Part shown: positions 12,336-22,194 of the stretch, in pieces
How the letters are laid out: every line of letters begins with the position of its first letter
Numbering within the stretch: position 1 is the first letter of the stretch
Assembly (NCBI GenBank): GCA_025558095.1
Contig: JAIVFI010000002.1
Coordinates: 1,116,001 to 1,180,000 of the forward strand
Direction: 5' to 3'
Source of the DNA: Hyaloraphidium curvatum SAG 235-1
Lineage: Eukaryota; Fungi; Monoblepharomycota
DNA: 64,000 nucleotides
Program-made: the position numbers and the translations under genes
Notes under the pieces: generated by a model
The model's input: only the letters and a program-made list of their open reading frames with translations
Databases searched by the model: none
Told to the model about the DNA's origin: nothing

Positions 12336-13268
12336 TTACAGTTTCGCCATCTGTGCCCTCGGGAACGGATCTCCGTCCTTCAGCCCCGCGTAGACGCCGT
12401 GCAGCGCGATCCCCTTCTCCCCGTCGGTCGCCCGCGCGTCGTAGACGATGTCCGGGCCCATGAACCGCAGCGACACCCTCCTCGACTTCATTCCCGGTTC
12501 GGTGCCGGCGCCGCCGTGGAGGATGCTCAGATGGAAGACAAGGAGGTCTCCCGGCTCGAGACTCCAGGATACGATGTCGTAGGCGGCTCTGTTGGCCTCG
12601 ATGTCGGGCAGCCGCGGCAAGGCGGAGCGTTTCCAAAGAGGGGCCGTGTCGTCGTGCGCGGCGAAGGCCGAGCCGTTGAAGAGAACCCCTTTGTGCGAGC
12701 CGCGGACGAATTCGAGCGAGTGCTTGGCGGGCAGGGGGTCGAGGGAGATCCAGACGGCGACCTGCTGCGAGCCGCGGGTGCGGAGGTAAGGCGTGTCCTA
12801 GAACAGAGAACAGGGTTAGGCTGCTCGCCGTGGCATTGCCTCGGAACGTGCGGTCAAGCCCACCTGGTGCCAAGGCGTCCTGCGCACGGCGCCCCCCTCC
12901 TTCTTGAACAGCTGCTCGTACATGTACCGCACGTCCTCCCGGTCGTCGAGGCCCCACAGCGCCCTGACCATGGTGTCGATGCCGGCCTGGCGGGCGACGG
13001 GAGCCATCGTGTTCGTCTTGTCCTCGAAGAACATCTCCCCGCTCCCGTCCTTGGCGTACATGTTGGTCGCCGTCGGGCTCGGGTTCGCGAAGGAGTGCTC
13101 GCAGGCCGCCTCGAGCAGCGCGAGGCCCTCCTTGGTCAGGGCGCCTTTCAATAGGACCACGCCGTCCTCCTCGAGGGCGCGGGCCGCAGCAGCCCAGTTT
13201 TGCGGCGGGAGCGCCGAGAGCGGCACGGCCGGCGGCAGGACCGGCGGCGTCGCGGGAACAAAGACCAT
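12336..13268 (-). CDS. Phytanoyl-CoA dioxygenase (PhyH) family 2OG-Fe(II) oxygenase
   Basis: Intron 12863-12798 joins TPWHQ to DTPY, giving the HxD motif; also WISLDP, LEFVRGSH and LEPGDLLVFHLSILHG. Confidence 0.9.
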
Positions 13269-13473
13269 CGTGGCCTAGTTTCGGGCGATCGTGCGAGGGG
13301 AGACGAGTGTGTGGCAAGGGCACCGAAGGTGGCGCTCGGACGGATCAAAGAATTTTCCACCGTTCCGAGGGAGATTGGACACAATGATGATTCAAACAGT
13401 CATGGCATTGTAGCATGTCGGGTAGTTGCATCATGTGGAGCGAATGCAGGTCATCGTCACAGCTCCTTCGCCA

Positions 13474-13730
13474 TCACGATCTCTCTCCGCCCTCCTTCGG
13501 ATTCCTCCACCTCGCCCGTCTCTCTGCGAAACCCAGCCTCCTGCAAAAGGCCAGAGGCCGACCGTTGCCTTCCGCAACGGTGAGCTTCATGACCTTGTGT
13601 CTGCCGCTCCGCGCCCAGTCCATCAGCCCGTTCGCCATGGCTTCGGCCGCGCCGGTGCCACGGACCTCGGGCGCCACCCAAACGGAAAACACCCAAGCAG
13701 TTTCCGGATCTTGTTCGCCTGGGGTAGCTC
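13474..13730 (-). pseudogene. GNAT acetyltransferase C-terminal fragment
   Basis: VFSVWVAPEVRGTGAAEAM...LTVAEGNGRPLAFCRRLGF (motifs A/B). No credible N-terminal half; a tandem repeat lies upstream. Confidence 0.65.
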
Positions 13731-13753
13731 GATGTCGGCGGCGATCTGGCCGC

Positions 13754-13816
13754 CGGATCTCCAAAGTCAACGAGCGGATCTCCAAAGTCAACGAGCGGAT
13801 CTCCAAAGTCAACGAG
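13754..13816. repeat. Perfect tandem repeat, 21 bp x 3 (CGGATCTCCAAAGTCAACGAG)
   Basis: Three identical copies read directly at 13754, 13775 and 13796. Confidence 0.97.
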
Positions 13817-14300
13817 GCGGCAACCCATCGCGCCGCTGCTCCCCCAGCCTTATCTCCATGTCCACGCGGTGCATCCCCGGCCCCCACCCGTTCTCCACGT
13901 ACCCGACCCGCACAGCGCCGCTCTTGGCGTAGAAGGCCTCGACAAGGTGACTCCCGCCGATCTCGAGCACCTCGGCGCCCGCCGCCCGCCGCACAGCCTC
14001 GCGCATCATGGTCCGTCCGATGCCCTTGCCCTGTCTCCGGGGGTCCACGAGCAGCCAGTCGAGAGATTTGCAGCCAGGGTTTCCTTCAACGTCCGAGACG
14101 CCGACAGCCGCGACAACCCCGCCGTCCTCCAGCAGGACAGCGTACGAGCTCTCCGTGTCCGGGTCATCGAGGAAGGTCTCGTAGTCGGGCCGCTCCTCGG
14201 GCGCGAAGAATGCAGGGCAGTTGGCGTCGAACAGCGCGAGGCACGGAGCGCGGTGCGCGGAGCGCAAGTAGGCCGCGAATCGCGCGTTGTCCGCGGCCAT
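13809..14300 (-). CDS. GNAT family N-acetyltransferase, bacterial-like, intronless
   Basis: CLALFDANCPAFFAPEER, WLLVDPRRQGKGIG (acetyl-CoA motif A), AFYAKSGA, GWGPGMHRVDM. Confidence 0.88.
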   Translation of the reverse strand: MAADNARFAAYLRSAHRAPCLALFDANCPAFFAPEERPDYETFLDDPDTESSYAVLLEDGGVVAAVGVSDVEGNPGCKSLDWLLVDPRRQGKGIGRTMMREAVRRAAGAEVLEIGGSHLVEAFYAKSGAVRVGYVENGWGPGMHRVDMEIRLGEQRRDGLPPR

Positions 14301-14657
14301 CGCGGGCAGGGCGCGCTCAAATGGGTCTTCAGATCAAAGAAATCTTCGGCGGTGCATATTCGGGTTGGAAGCAATCGGGCGGAACGACGGAGCGGATGTT
14401 GCGGGGAGTCCGCCGTTCGCGCCGGCCGCCGCGAGTCTACACTAGCGCCTCCGCGCTTCCCGGTAACGACAGACCGCAGTTGAACATAAAGCAAATCATA
14501 TCATATGTTCATTCTGCTGCACGACTCGTCTCTACAGGAAAGCCTTCGATGACCGCCGCGGTGCGAGCCCCGATTGTCGCTCCCTCCTTTTCCTCCCCCA
14601 GGTCACTTCAGATCAAGCCCTCAGCGCCACTTGGACATATCGCTTCAGATCAAGTCC

Positions 14658-14948
14658 TCAGTCCCACTTCGAAAGGGTGTCCCAGTTATACGCCACCACT
14701 CCAGCGGCTCCCAGTGCCAGAAGCACCCTGCCAGCGCGGCCGCCCCTCCTCGCGCAGCCCCCGGCGCGGCGGTAAGCGTGCCAGTGCCACCTGTATGCCG
14801 CTTGCGCATCGGGCGCGGGCTGGGGGGAGGCGAAGAATGTGCCACGGGAGAAGGGGGTGCTGGAGGGGGTGGAGGTTGCGCCAGAGTGGGGATAGAAGTA
14901 GCCGTATTGCGGCGGCGCCGCTGTCGCGGTTGCGGCCTGGGCCTCCAT
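14658..14948 (-). CDS. Small hypothetical protein with one hydrophobic segment (3' end uncertain)
   Basis: ATG in good context about 65 nt after a TATAA; hydrophobic VLLALGAAGVVAY segment. Confidence 0.4.
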   Translation of the reverse strand: MEAQAATATAAPPQYGYFYPHSGATSTPSSTPFSRGTFFASPQPAPDAQAAYRWHWHAYRRAGGCARRGGRAGRVLLALGAAGVVAYNWDTLSKWD

Positions 14949-15014
14949 GCTTGCGAGGTTCGTGGGTACGGCGAATGAAGAGCTTCGTGACGGCGTGCCG
15001 GTTTCAAACCGGCC

Positions 15015-15020
15015 TTATAT
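15015..15020 (-). promoter_or_regulatory. Putative TATA box next to an 8-bp-arm palindrome (GCCGGTTT-C-AAACCGGC, 14997-15013)
   Basis: ATATAA on the minus strand in GC-rich DNA upstream of ATG 14948. Confidence 0.35.
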
Positions 15021-15128
15021 CCCCGGAGGGCGGCTTGCGTGGTGCTCCCTCGGGACGCTGACGCAACCGCCTTGCGTCGGCGGAAGATCCCGCCCGTGCC
15101 TTCCGCCGCCTTCCGGGCGCTTCCGGTC

Positions 15129-15493
15129 CTAGAGTATGTTGCAGTTGAAGGGCGGCGGGTCGTTGTACCGCTTGTAGAGGGCGCTCCTCCGGTTCTTGGG
15201 GTAGCTGACACAAGCAACCTCGTCGGACGCAGCCCCGGGGAACGCGAACTCGCTGCAGGCGCGCGTCAGATCCATTGCACGCCAATGCGAAACACAGAGC
15301 GATTCACCAGAAAGCTTCCTCCGGGCAGGCTTCGCAGGAGCGCTCGAACACGGCTTGGGGGACGCTGCATGGGGACAAGAAGGGACGTCACTCGATGCCT
15401 CCCGCGGCGCGGGAGCGGGCACCTCAAGGCAGCGGCAACGGTTACGAAGGCCGCTACCAGCGTGAAGGTGAGGAGCTTGGCGGCGTCAAGCAT
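15129..15493 (-). CDS. Small secreted cysteine-containing protein (~83 aa, 3 exons)
   Basis: Signal peptide MLDAAKLLTFTLVAAFVTVAAAL. Two GT-AG introns splice in frame to SVPQAVFERSCEACPEEAFCEFAFPGAASDEVACVSYPKNRRSALYKRYNDPPPFNCNIL*. Confidence 0.7.
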
Positions 15494-15740
15494 GTTGAGG
15501 ACAGGGGTAGTAGGGTGCGGCCGCACGCGAGGGACCAGGGGACGCGGCAGGCGGACGGGGTCCCCCATTTTCTTGGCGTCGTCCGCAGTTCGTCCCCCAT
15601 CGCCATCCGATGCTCCTGGGCCGGTTCGGGAGGGAAAGTCTCTGGATCAATCGAACCCGCCCGTCGAGGCCTGGCGATTTCGACGTTTGGGCTCTGGACT
15701 CCAGCGTTCTGGACCTCCTTACATCATTGGGCAAGAACCC

Positions 15741-17159
15741 ATGTTTGTCCCCCGCACCCGATTCGGTGCGCCACTCGCGTCGGCCGCTTCTGCCGTTGCC
15801 GCCCGCAGCGCGCCGCGACTCCGCGTTGCGCCGCCCGCCACCGCCGCGCCCCACCGTTTCAAGCGCGCACCGCCCGTCTCCGTTGTCGCTGCCGCCCCCC
15901 GCGCGCCGTTCGCGACCGCCGCGCCGACGATGTCGAAGCTCGTGTTCGACGACAAGGAGATGGACGGCCAGCTGGGCCGCACGCTGATCGGCGCAAACTC
16001 GGCGTCGGCCGACATCGGCGAGGCGATGGCGACCGCGCTCAGGGTGGTGCCGGGCCCCGACAGCTACGGCAGCTGGTTCAAGGAGTGGTCGGCGCTCGCC
16101 GCCCGCTGCGAGGACAGGGCCCGCGCCGCGCTCGCCGCCGGCCACAAGACCACGGCGCGCCAGTGCTTCCTCCGCGCCACGGAGTACTGGCGCCAGGCCA
16201 TCTTCTTTGTCCGCGGCGACCTCGACGACCCGCGGCTCCAGGAAGGATACGCCCGCCACCGCGCCGCCTTCCGCGCCGCGATCCCGCTGTTCGAGGACTG
16301 CACCATCACGGCCACGTCGATCCCGTACGCGTCTCCCGACGGCAAGATCAGGACCGAGCTGTCGGCCTACCACTTTGTCCCGGCCGGCGGGCCCAAGACG
16401 GACCGCCCGCTGGTCATCGCCCCCTGCGGATACGACTCCACCGCCGAAGCCGGCTACTCGCTGACCGCGTACATGTGCCTCAAGCACGGGTACGATTGCG
16501 TGACCTTCGACGGCCCGGGACAGGGCTCCACGCTCTACCTCTCGCGGATCCCCATGGACACGGACTTTGAAACCGTGCTGCCCGCCGTGGTCTCGTGGTC
16601 GATCGCCCTTCCGGGCGTCGATCCCAAGCGCATCGCGGTGTTTGGCCGCAGCTTCGCCGGGTACCTCGCCCCGCGCGGCGTCGCGGGCGACGACCGCGTT
16701 GCCGCGCTCATGTGCGACCCGGGGCAGTACGAGTTCGTCTCGCGCGTCGTCGGCAAGATGTTTGACCAGGCCACGTGGGACGCGGTGCTGGCGGGGGACC
16801 CCGCCGTCGAGGCCAGGCTGCAGAAGCTGCTCGAGGACCCGCACAGGAAGGAGTACTTTGGCGCGCGGATGGCGACCCTCGGCGCCAAGACGGTCGCCGA
16901 GTTCCTCCGGCTGCAGGTCAAGCAGACCGTCGAGCCCGTGGTTTCCAAAATCAGGTGCCCCGTGCTCCTCATGGAAGGCCAGGGCGACTTTGCGGGGCAG
17001 TCCCCCGCCCTGTATGCCGCGCTGGACACCGACAAGACGCTGATCAAGTTCCCTGTCGAGGAGGGTGCAGGAGGGCACTGTGGAGGGCTCGGTGCGACGC
17101 TGATCGAGGAGGCCGCCTTCAACTGGCTGGATGAGAAACTGGCTGCCAAGGCAAAGTAG
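15741..17159 (+). CDS. Alpha/beta hydrolase (2,6-dihydroxy-pseudooxynicotine hydrolase/DUF1100-like) with an N-terminal presequence-like extension
   Basis: FLRATEYWR, PCGYDSTAE, FDGPGQG, nucleophile GRSFAG, catalytic His in EEGAGGHC. Intronless; second ATG at 15930. Confidence 0.88.
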   Translation: MFVPRTRFGAPLASAASAVAARSAPRLRVAPPATAAPHRFKRAPPVSVVAAAPRAPFATAAPTMSKLVFDDKEMDGQLGRTLIGANSASADIGEAMATALRVVPGPDSYGSWFKEWSALAARCEDRARAALAAGHKTTARQCFLRATEYWRQAIFFVRGDLDDPRLQEGYARHRAAFRAAIPLFEDCTITATSIPYASPDGKIRTELSAYHFVPAGGPKTDRPLVIAPCGYDSTAEAGYSLTAYMCLKHGYDCVTFDGPGQGSTLYLSRIPMDTDFETVLPAVVSWSIALPGVDPKRIAVFGRSFAGYLAPRGVAGDDRVAALMCDPGQYEFVSRVVGKMFDQATWDAVLAGDPAVEARLQKLLEDPHRKEYFGARMATLGAKTVAEFLRLQVKQTVEPVVSKIRCPVLLMEGQGDFAGQSPALYAALDTDKTLIKFPVEEGAGGHCGGLGATLIEEAAFNWLDEKLAAKAK

Positions 17160-17703
17160 GAGAAAAGTCAAGACGGATCTCGGTAGTCGGCGGATGGAAT
17201 CTGGCACCGACACCCAAGAAGAGCGATGTGCGAGCGGACCTCGTGTTGCGGACTTTTGTTGTTTTGCAGGTGTTTCGGCTACTCGAAATAGTGTTTGCTG
17301 GTTCCGGTAGGGCGGATGACGAGCATTGCAAAGTGTACGAAGAGAAGGGAGCTGCGCGGAAAAGCAATGCGTGTTGAGGCACTATGTACGCGGCATCCGA
17401 CCCCCTTCTTCTCCGTCCCGGCCGTCCCCCGCGGCGCTCTAGCCGGCCCTCCCCCACGGGCCCCACTCCTCCTTGGCAGGCCCTCCCCCATGCGGGCCCA
17501 CGTCCACTCCTTCGTCCTTGCGGGTCCTCCCCCTGCGGACCCCGGCCGACCCCCGCGGCCCCTCTTCCTCGTCGAAGCGGAAAGTTCCTTACGGCCCCGT
17601 CCCGGCGGCCCGGCCCCCCACCTCTCGGGCCCAACGCACCCCCGCGCACCGAAACAGAACCCCACGTCGCCGACCATCGTACGGGCGGAAGGAAGCGCGG
17701 GGC

Positions 17704-18915
17704 TCACGTCCTCCACGCCTGCGCCAGGCTGAGCAGCTGCAGCGCCGCCTCGTCCGCGTCCATCCGCGGCGCCGGCCACCCGTTCAGGTTGCCGCTGTGC
17801 CCCGCGTGCGGGGGGAACCCGCCCGGCGCGGCGTTGCCGTTCAGGCTGTTGTGCCGCGCCCTGATGGGCCCCGGCGCGCTGGGCGCGCGCATCCGCGCGC
17901 CCGGCTCGGCGTGGTGCAGGAGGGGGTAGGGGAGGTACATGGCGTCCTTGGCCAGGGCGGTGGGCGGGGGGGAGGCGCGGGGGGGTGGGGGGATGGGGTA
18001 GAACGGGTGCGCGTGGGGAGGGGGGAGGGACGGGGCGGGGAAGGGGAAGTGCTCCCCCGCGGGGGGGAAGGGAGGGGGAGGGGGGAAGGCGTGGCCGTTG
18101 GGGAGGGAGTGCGAGAGGGCCGGGGGAGGGGGGAGGAAGGGGGCGGGGTGGGAGTGGCCGTTGGGGAAGGCGTCGGGGAAGCCGGCGGTGTGGCCCGGGA
18201 TGGGGACCGAGGGGAAGTAGCGCGGCGTCGAGGCGGAGGATTCGCTGTCCGAGGGCTCGCTGGCGAGGGAGACGGTCGAGGTGCGGGAGATGGCGCGGGA
18301 GCGCTCGCCCGGGCGGGCGTACAGCGTGCGCGCGTCCACGGGCTCGTCCTCGCGCCCGGAGCCCTGCGACGACTCCGAGTCGGAGGAGCCGTCGTCGGGC
18401 GGCGAGGCGCCAGCGGAGATCGGCTTGGGCGGGCGCAGCGAGGCGCGGCGGGCGGCGGTGGGGAGCGACAGGGAGGTGCGGCGCTGCGCAGCGGGCGTGG
18501 CCGAGGCGGCGCGGGCGCGGCGGTGGCGCGGGGCGTCGTCGTCGCCGGGGGTGCCGAGCGGCGCCTCGGAGGCGAGCTCGTGCTCCATCGCGCGGGCGTG
18601 GCGGCGCAGCGCGTCGAGGCGGCCGAAGCGCTTGCCGCACTCGCAGCCGAACGGCTTCTCGCCGGGGTTGTGCGCGCGGCTGTGGCGGGCGAGGTCGTGG
18701 CGGCGGGCGAAGGTCGCGCCGCACTCGCAGCGGAAGCGCTTGCCGACTGACAGGACGACGGCGTCGTCGGGCGGCGCGGCCGACGAGGGGCGGCGCTCCC
18801 GCGGGCGGCGGTCGTCAGCCGGCGTGGGGTACGCCGCCGCGGGCGACAGCGCCGGGCCGCGCGGGACGGCCCGGGCGGCGGCACGGCCCCTCTCGACGAG
18901 GGCCGCCGCGCTCAT
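17704..18915 (-). CDS. C2H2 zinc-finger transcription factor
   Basis: FRCECGATFARRHDLARHSRAH-NPGEKPF-GCECGKRFGRLDALRRH, a Pro-rich region and a C-terminal EAALQLLSLA motif. Confidence 0.88.
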   Translation of the reverse strand: MSAAALVERGRAAARAVPRGPALSPAAAYPTPADDRRPRERRPSSAAPPDDAVVLSVGKRFRCECGATFARRHDLARHSRAHNPGEKPFGCECGKRFGRLDALRRHARAMEHELASEAPLGTPGDDDAPRHRRARAASATPAAQRRTSLSLPTAARRASLRPPKPISAGASPPDDGSSDSESSQGSGREDEPVDARTLYARPGERSRAISRTSTVSLASEPSDSESSASTPRYFPSVPIPGHTAGFPDAFPNGHSHPAPFLPPPPALSHSLPNGHAFPPPPPFPPAGEHFPFPAPSLPPPHAHPFYPIPPPPRASPPPTALAKDAMYLPYPLLHHAEPGARMRAPSAPGPIRARHNSLNGNAAPGGFPPHAGHSGNLNGWPAPRMDADEAALQLLSLAQAWRT

Positions 18916-19815
18916 CGGGCGGCTGGGCGGGTTGCTAGGGCGGGCGGCGAGCCCGCGATTCGCTCGGAGGCGGCCTGCAGGTCCTGGCCTGCCGGGGGCG
19001 GGGGGGCGCTGGATTAGCGGCGATCCGACGTCCGTAATTCTGGCCGCACCTCGGCGGCGGCGGCGCTGACGGTCGGCTGGCGGGGGCCGCAGAGCGTCAG
19101 CTGCCTGTCGATGGGCAGCGGAGAGGTCAGCGGTTGTTTTCGGGGAGGTTTCGGGGGCCGTTGGCGGGCCGTTTCACCGGGACGGGACGGTGGCGCTTTG
19201 GACCCGCTCGGCGATCCGCGGGACCACCTCGCCTCAAATGCACCTTTCAAAGCCGGTTTGAAGGCCCATAACCGTGCCGATCTCACGGTCAACGCGTGCT
19301 CGGTGTTATATCATGTTCCCGAACATCCGTGCGACTCCGCAGGGCTCCCATACGCCCGCAGCCAAGCAGTCGGCAAAACCGGCCACGTCACGCGACCAGG
19401 GGCCCGGTCACCAACATGCTCCAACCACCAGGCCGGACGATCCCGGCGCAGTCGGATTTGATTGAGGACACACCACGCGACTTTGGAGGACGGATGCTGG
19501 GGCCATTGAGGCCATCAGCGCCACCTGCGCCCTCAGAATTTCCGGATGTCTTCGGCCGGCCAAAACGCGCGGCTGCTGGTTCCTGGGCCCGGCACCATCT
19601 CGTCCAATCATCTGTAAAGTTATCCGGCGGTGACCGAAGCCGATTGCGGCCGATCTCGGCCCGTCGAGAAAAGCGCTCCTGGTCCCCCACGGGCACGGCC
19701 GGGCGAGCCCCGCCGCCATCGCAAGACCCTCGGCCTCCTGAACCCGTCCCCCACGCGGCGCCATCCCCTCCGCCGCGCCCGGCGCCGCCCTCCCCGCCAC
19801 CGCCCCCTTTTCGCG

Positions 19816-21040
19816 ATGTCGGGCAAGCCGCGCCCCGCCGGCGCCCCCGTGCCGCACCACGCGATGGCGCCCCCGCCGTACACCGCCGCCGCCGGCGCGC
19901 CCGGCATCGACGACTTCAAGTACGGCGTGAACGGTTCGTGTTCGCCGGGGCACGCGGGGCCGGGAGGGGCGTCGGCCGGGGGGCGCCGGGGCGGACGAGT
20001 CACGCGGGGGATCCCCCGGCGCCCGGCGCCCGAACACGCCGGCGCAGGCTCGCGGGCCCGCGGGCGGCCGGAAATATGCGCGGCAGGCCGGGGACGCCGC
20101 TCCGGCGGGAGGCGGCGCGCTTCGAGGCGTGGGGCGCCCCCCGCCCTTCTGCCCCGTTGCGTCGGCCGCCCGCATCGCCCTCCCGTGGCCTCCTCCTGCC
20201 CTGCCATCCCCTCCGCTCGTGTTTTCCGGCGATGCTGACGCATCCCCGCCCCTCCGCCAGTCGCCTCCGCCGACGTCCCCATCCGCCTGGCCTTCCTGCG
20301 CAAGGTCTACCTCCTCCTCTCGCTGCAGCTCCTCTGCACCGCCGCCATCGCCGGTCTCATGTCGTCCTCCGAGACCTGCCGGACCTGGCTGCGCGCCAAC
20401 CCGTGGTCCGTCTACGCGGCCGTGGCCTCCAGCGTCGCCGCCCTCCTCGCCCTGTACTGCAGGCGGCGGGCGTACCCGGCCAACCTGTTGCTGCTGGCCG
20501 CGTTCACCGCCGCCGAGGCGTTCACTGTCGGCTCCGTCGGTGCGTCTCCCCGCTCGGCAGCCCCTTGTGCCTTTTGACCGACCCCCGATTGCCCTCCCCC
20601 CACTCCAGTGGCCTTCACGGACCGCACCGCCCTCCTGCACGCCCTCCTCCTCTCCCTCTCCTCCTCCGTCGCCCTCACCCTCTACACCCTCCAGACCCGC
20701 CGCGACTTTTCCGGCCTCGCCCCGTACCTGTTCGCCCTCCTCGCCGCGTGCCTGGCCGCGGGCGTCGTCCGCGCCTTCAGGCCCTTCTCGCGCTCGACAG
20801 ACCTGCTGTTTGCGTGCGGGGGGGCGGCGGCATTCGGCGGGTACATCGTGCACGACACGCAGGCGATGATGCGGAGGGTGAGCCCGGAGGAATATGTCGT
20901 GGCCGCCGTGGACCTTTACCTGGACGTCGGTGGGTCTCCTGCGTCGCAATGCTGGGCCGCGGATGGCGCGTGCTGACCCGCCCGTCCTAGTGAACCTGTT
21001 CCTGCAGGTGCTGAGGATCGTCCAGGACCTGCGGGGCTGA
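19816..21040 (+). CDS. BXI1: Bax inhibitor-1/TMBIM family protein (Bxi1/LFG-like), 4 exons
   Basis: DDFKYG, IRLAFLRKVYLLLSLQL, YPANLLLLAAFT, YTLQTRRDFS, YIVHDTQ and SPEEYVVAAVDLYLD-VNLFL. Confidence 0.92.
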
Positions 21041-21451
21041 AGGGATGCGCGGATGTTGGACGGACCGGATGGAGGAGGAGCACGGACGGCGGCGAGCGGG
21101 GCGGGCAGCATCTTTGTCTTCGGGGGGAACCGAACATGTTTTGGAAACGGCGGAAAAGGCGGTGCGTCCGCGAGGGTCCGGGAGGGTTCGCGATCCGCCG
21201 AGCAAGAATTCGGGCGCACGGGATGCCACGGCGATGCTCCGGCCGCGTGATTGTGATGGAAGTTCCGCGCCGCCTTGTTCCGTCCCCGGGCGCTGCATTT
21301 GTGAAGGGTGCGTTTGGTCGAGGCCAGCCGCGCCAAGGGCTTCTCGGCCCCGAGCGCCAAGTCACCCTCTGCAAACACTCCCACGGCCCTTAACACCCCG
21401 TTGTTCGTGGCTCCGCGACCCGCAACCGCGCAATCCAAAGCACCCGCGACC

Positions 21452-22124
21452 ATGGTCCGCCCCGCCCCGCCCGCCCCTGCCCCCCGCACCGCGCTCACGG
21501 CCTGCGCGCAGGCCACCCTCGCCCTCCTCCCCATCGCCCTCACGACGGCCGCCGAGTCCCTCATCAGCTTCACCGTCTACGGCGTGCTCTTCCCCAACCT
21601 GCGCCGTCGGGCGCTCGCCGCCGAGGGCAAGCCTGACCTCACGGCCGCAAGCGGCGTCGCGCAGGGGCCGCACGCCGTCACGCACGAGCAGACGGCGGCG
21701 GAGCAGATCATGACCAAGCATGCGCCGAGCATGGTCATCACGTTCCTCAAGGTGGACCTCGGCGGGGACTGCGGCGGGAGGTGCGGTGCTGACGAGGTTC
21801 CCACGGCCGGGGACCAGAACTACCTGCTCGCGGCGACGCTCAAGACGCTCAACATCCGCGACCCCGTCGACGCCGCGGTCTTTGCCGGCACGCTGTGGAC
21901 GCTCAAGGAGCTGCCCGTGTTGGCCGACGAGTGCGTGTCGTGCGCTCCTGTGCCGGATCCAGAACCCTGATCACGTTCGTCCTCCCCCCTTGCCCATCGT
22001 CTCTCGACCTTTAAGATTTTTGTGGGAGCAGCGTCCGCTTGCGCTCCCCGGCATCAAGGCGTTCGAAGGGCTGGCGCGGGGAGCCTTCACGGCTTGGTTC
22101 CTGGCCTTCTGGCCGGCTTACTGA
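21452..22124 (+). CDS. Small multi-pass membrane protein (DUF1761-like), 3 exons
   Basis: Hydrophobic helices; the spliced C-terminus FLWEQRPLAL...AWFLAFW carries the WExRP motif seen in DUF1761-type proteins. Confidence 0.55.
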
Positions 22125-22194
22125 CGGGCGAAGCAGAACGAACTGTATTGACGAATAGCAACCGTAGATACATCTTGACGCAAATACGAACGAA

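Noticed and set aside
13754-13816. Repeat resembling a CRISPR array
   Set aside because: Head-to-tail copies without spacers, no cas genes, eukaryotic context.
18920-19810. ORFs between the C2H2 gene and BXI1
   Set aside because: No domain signal; consistent with a divergent promoter region.
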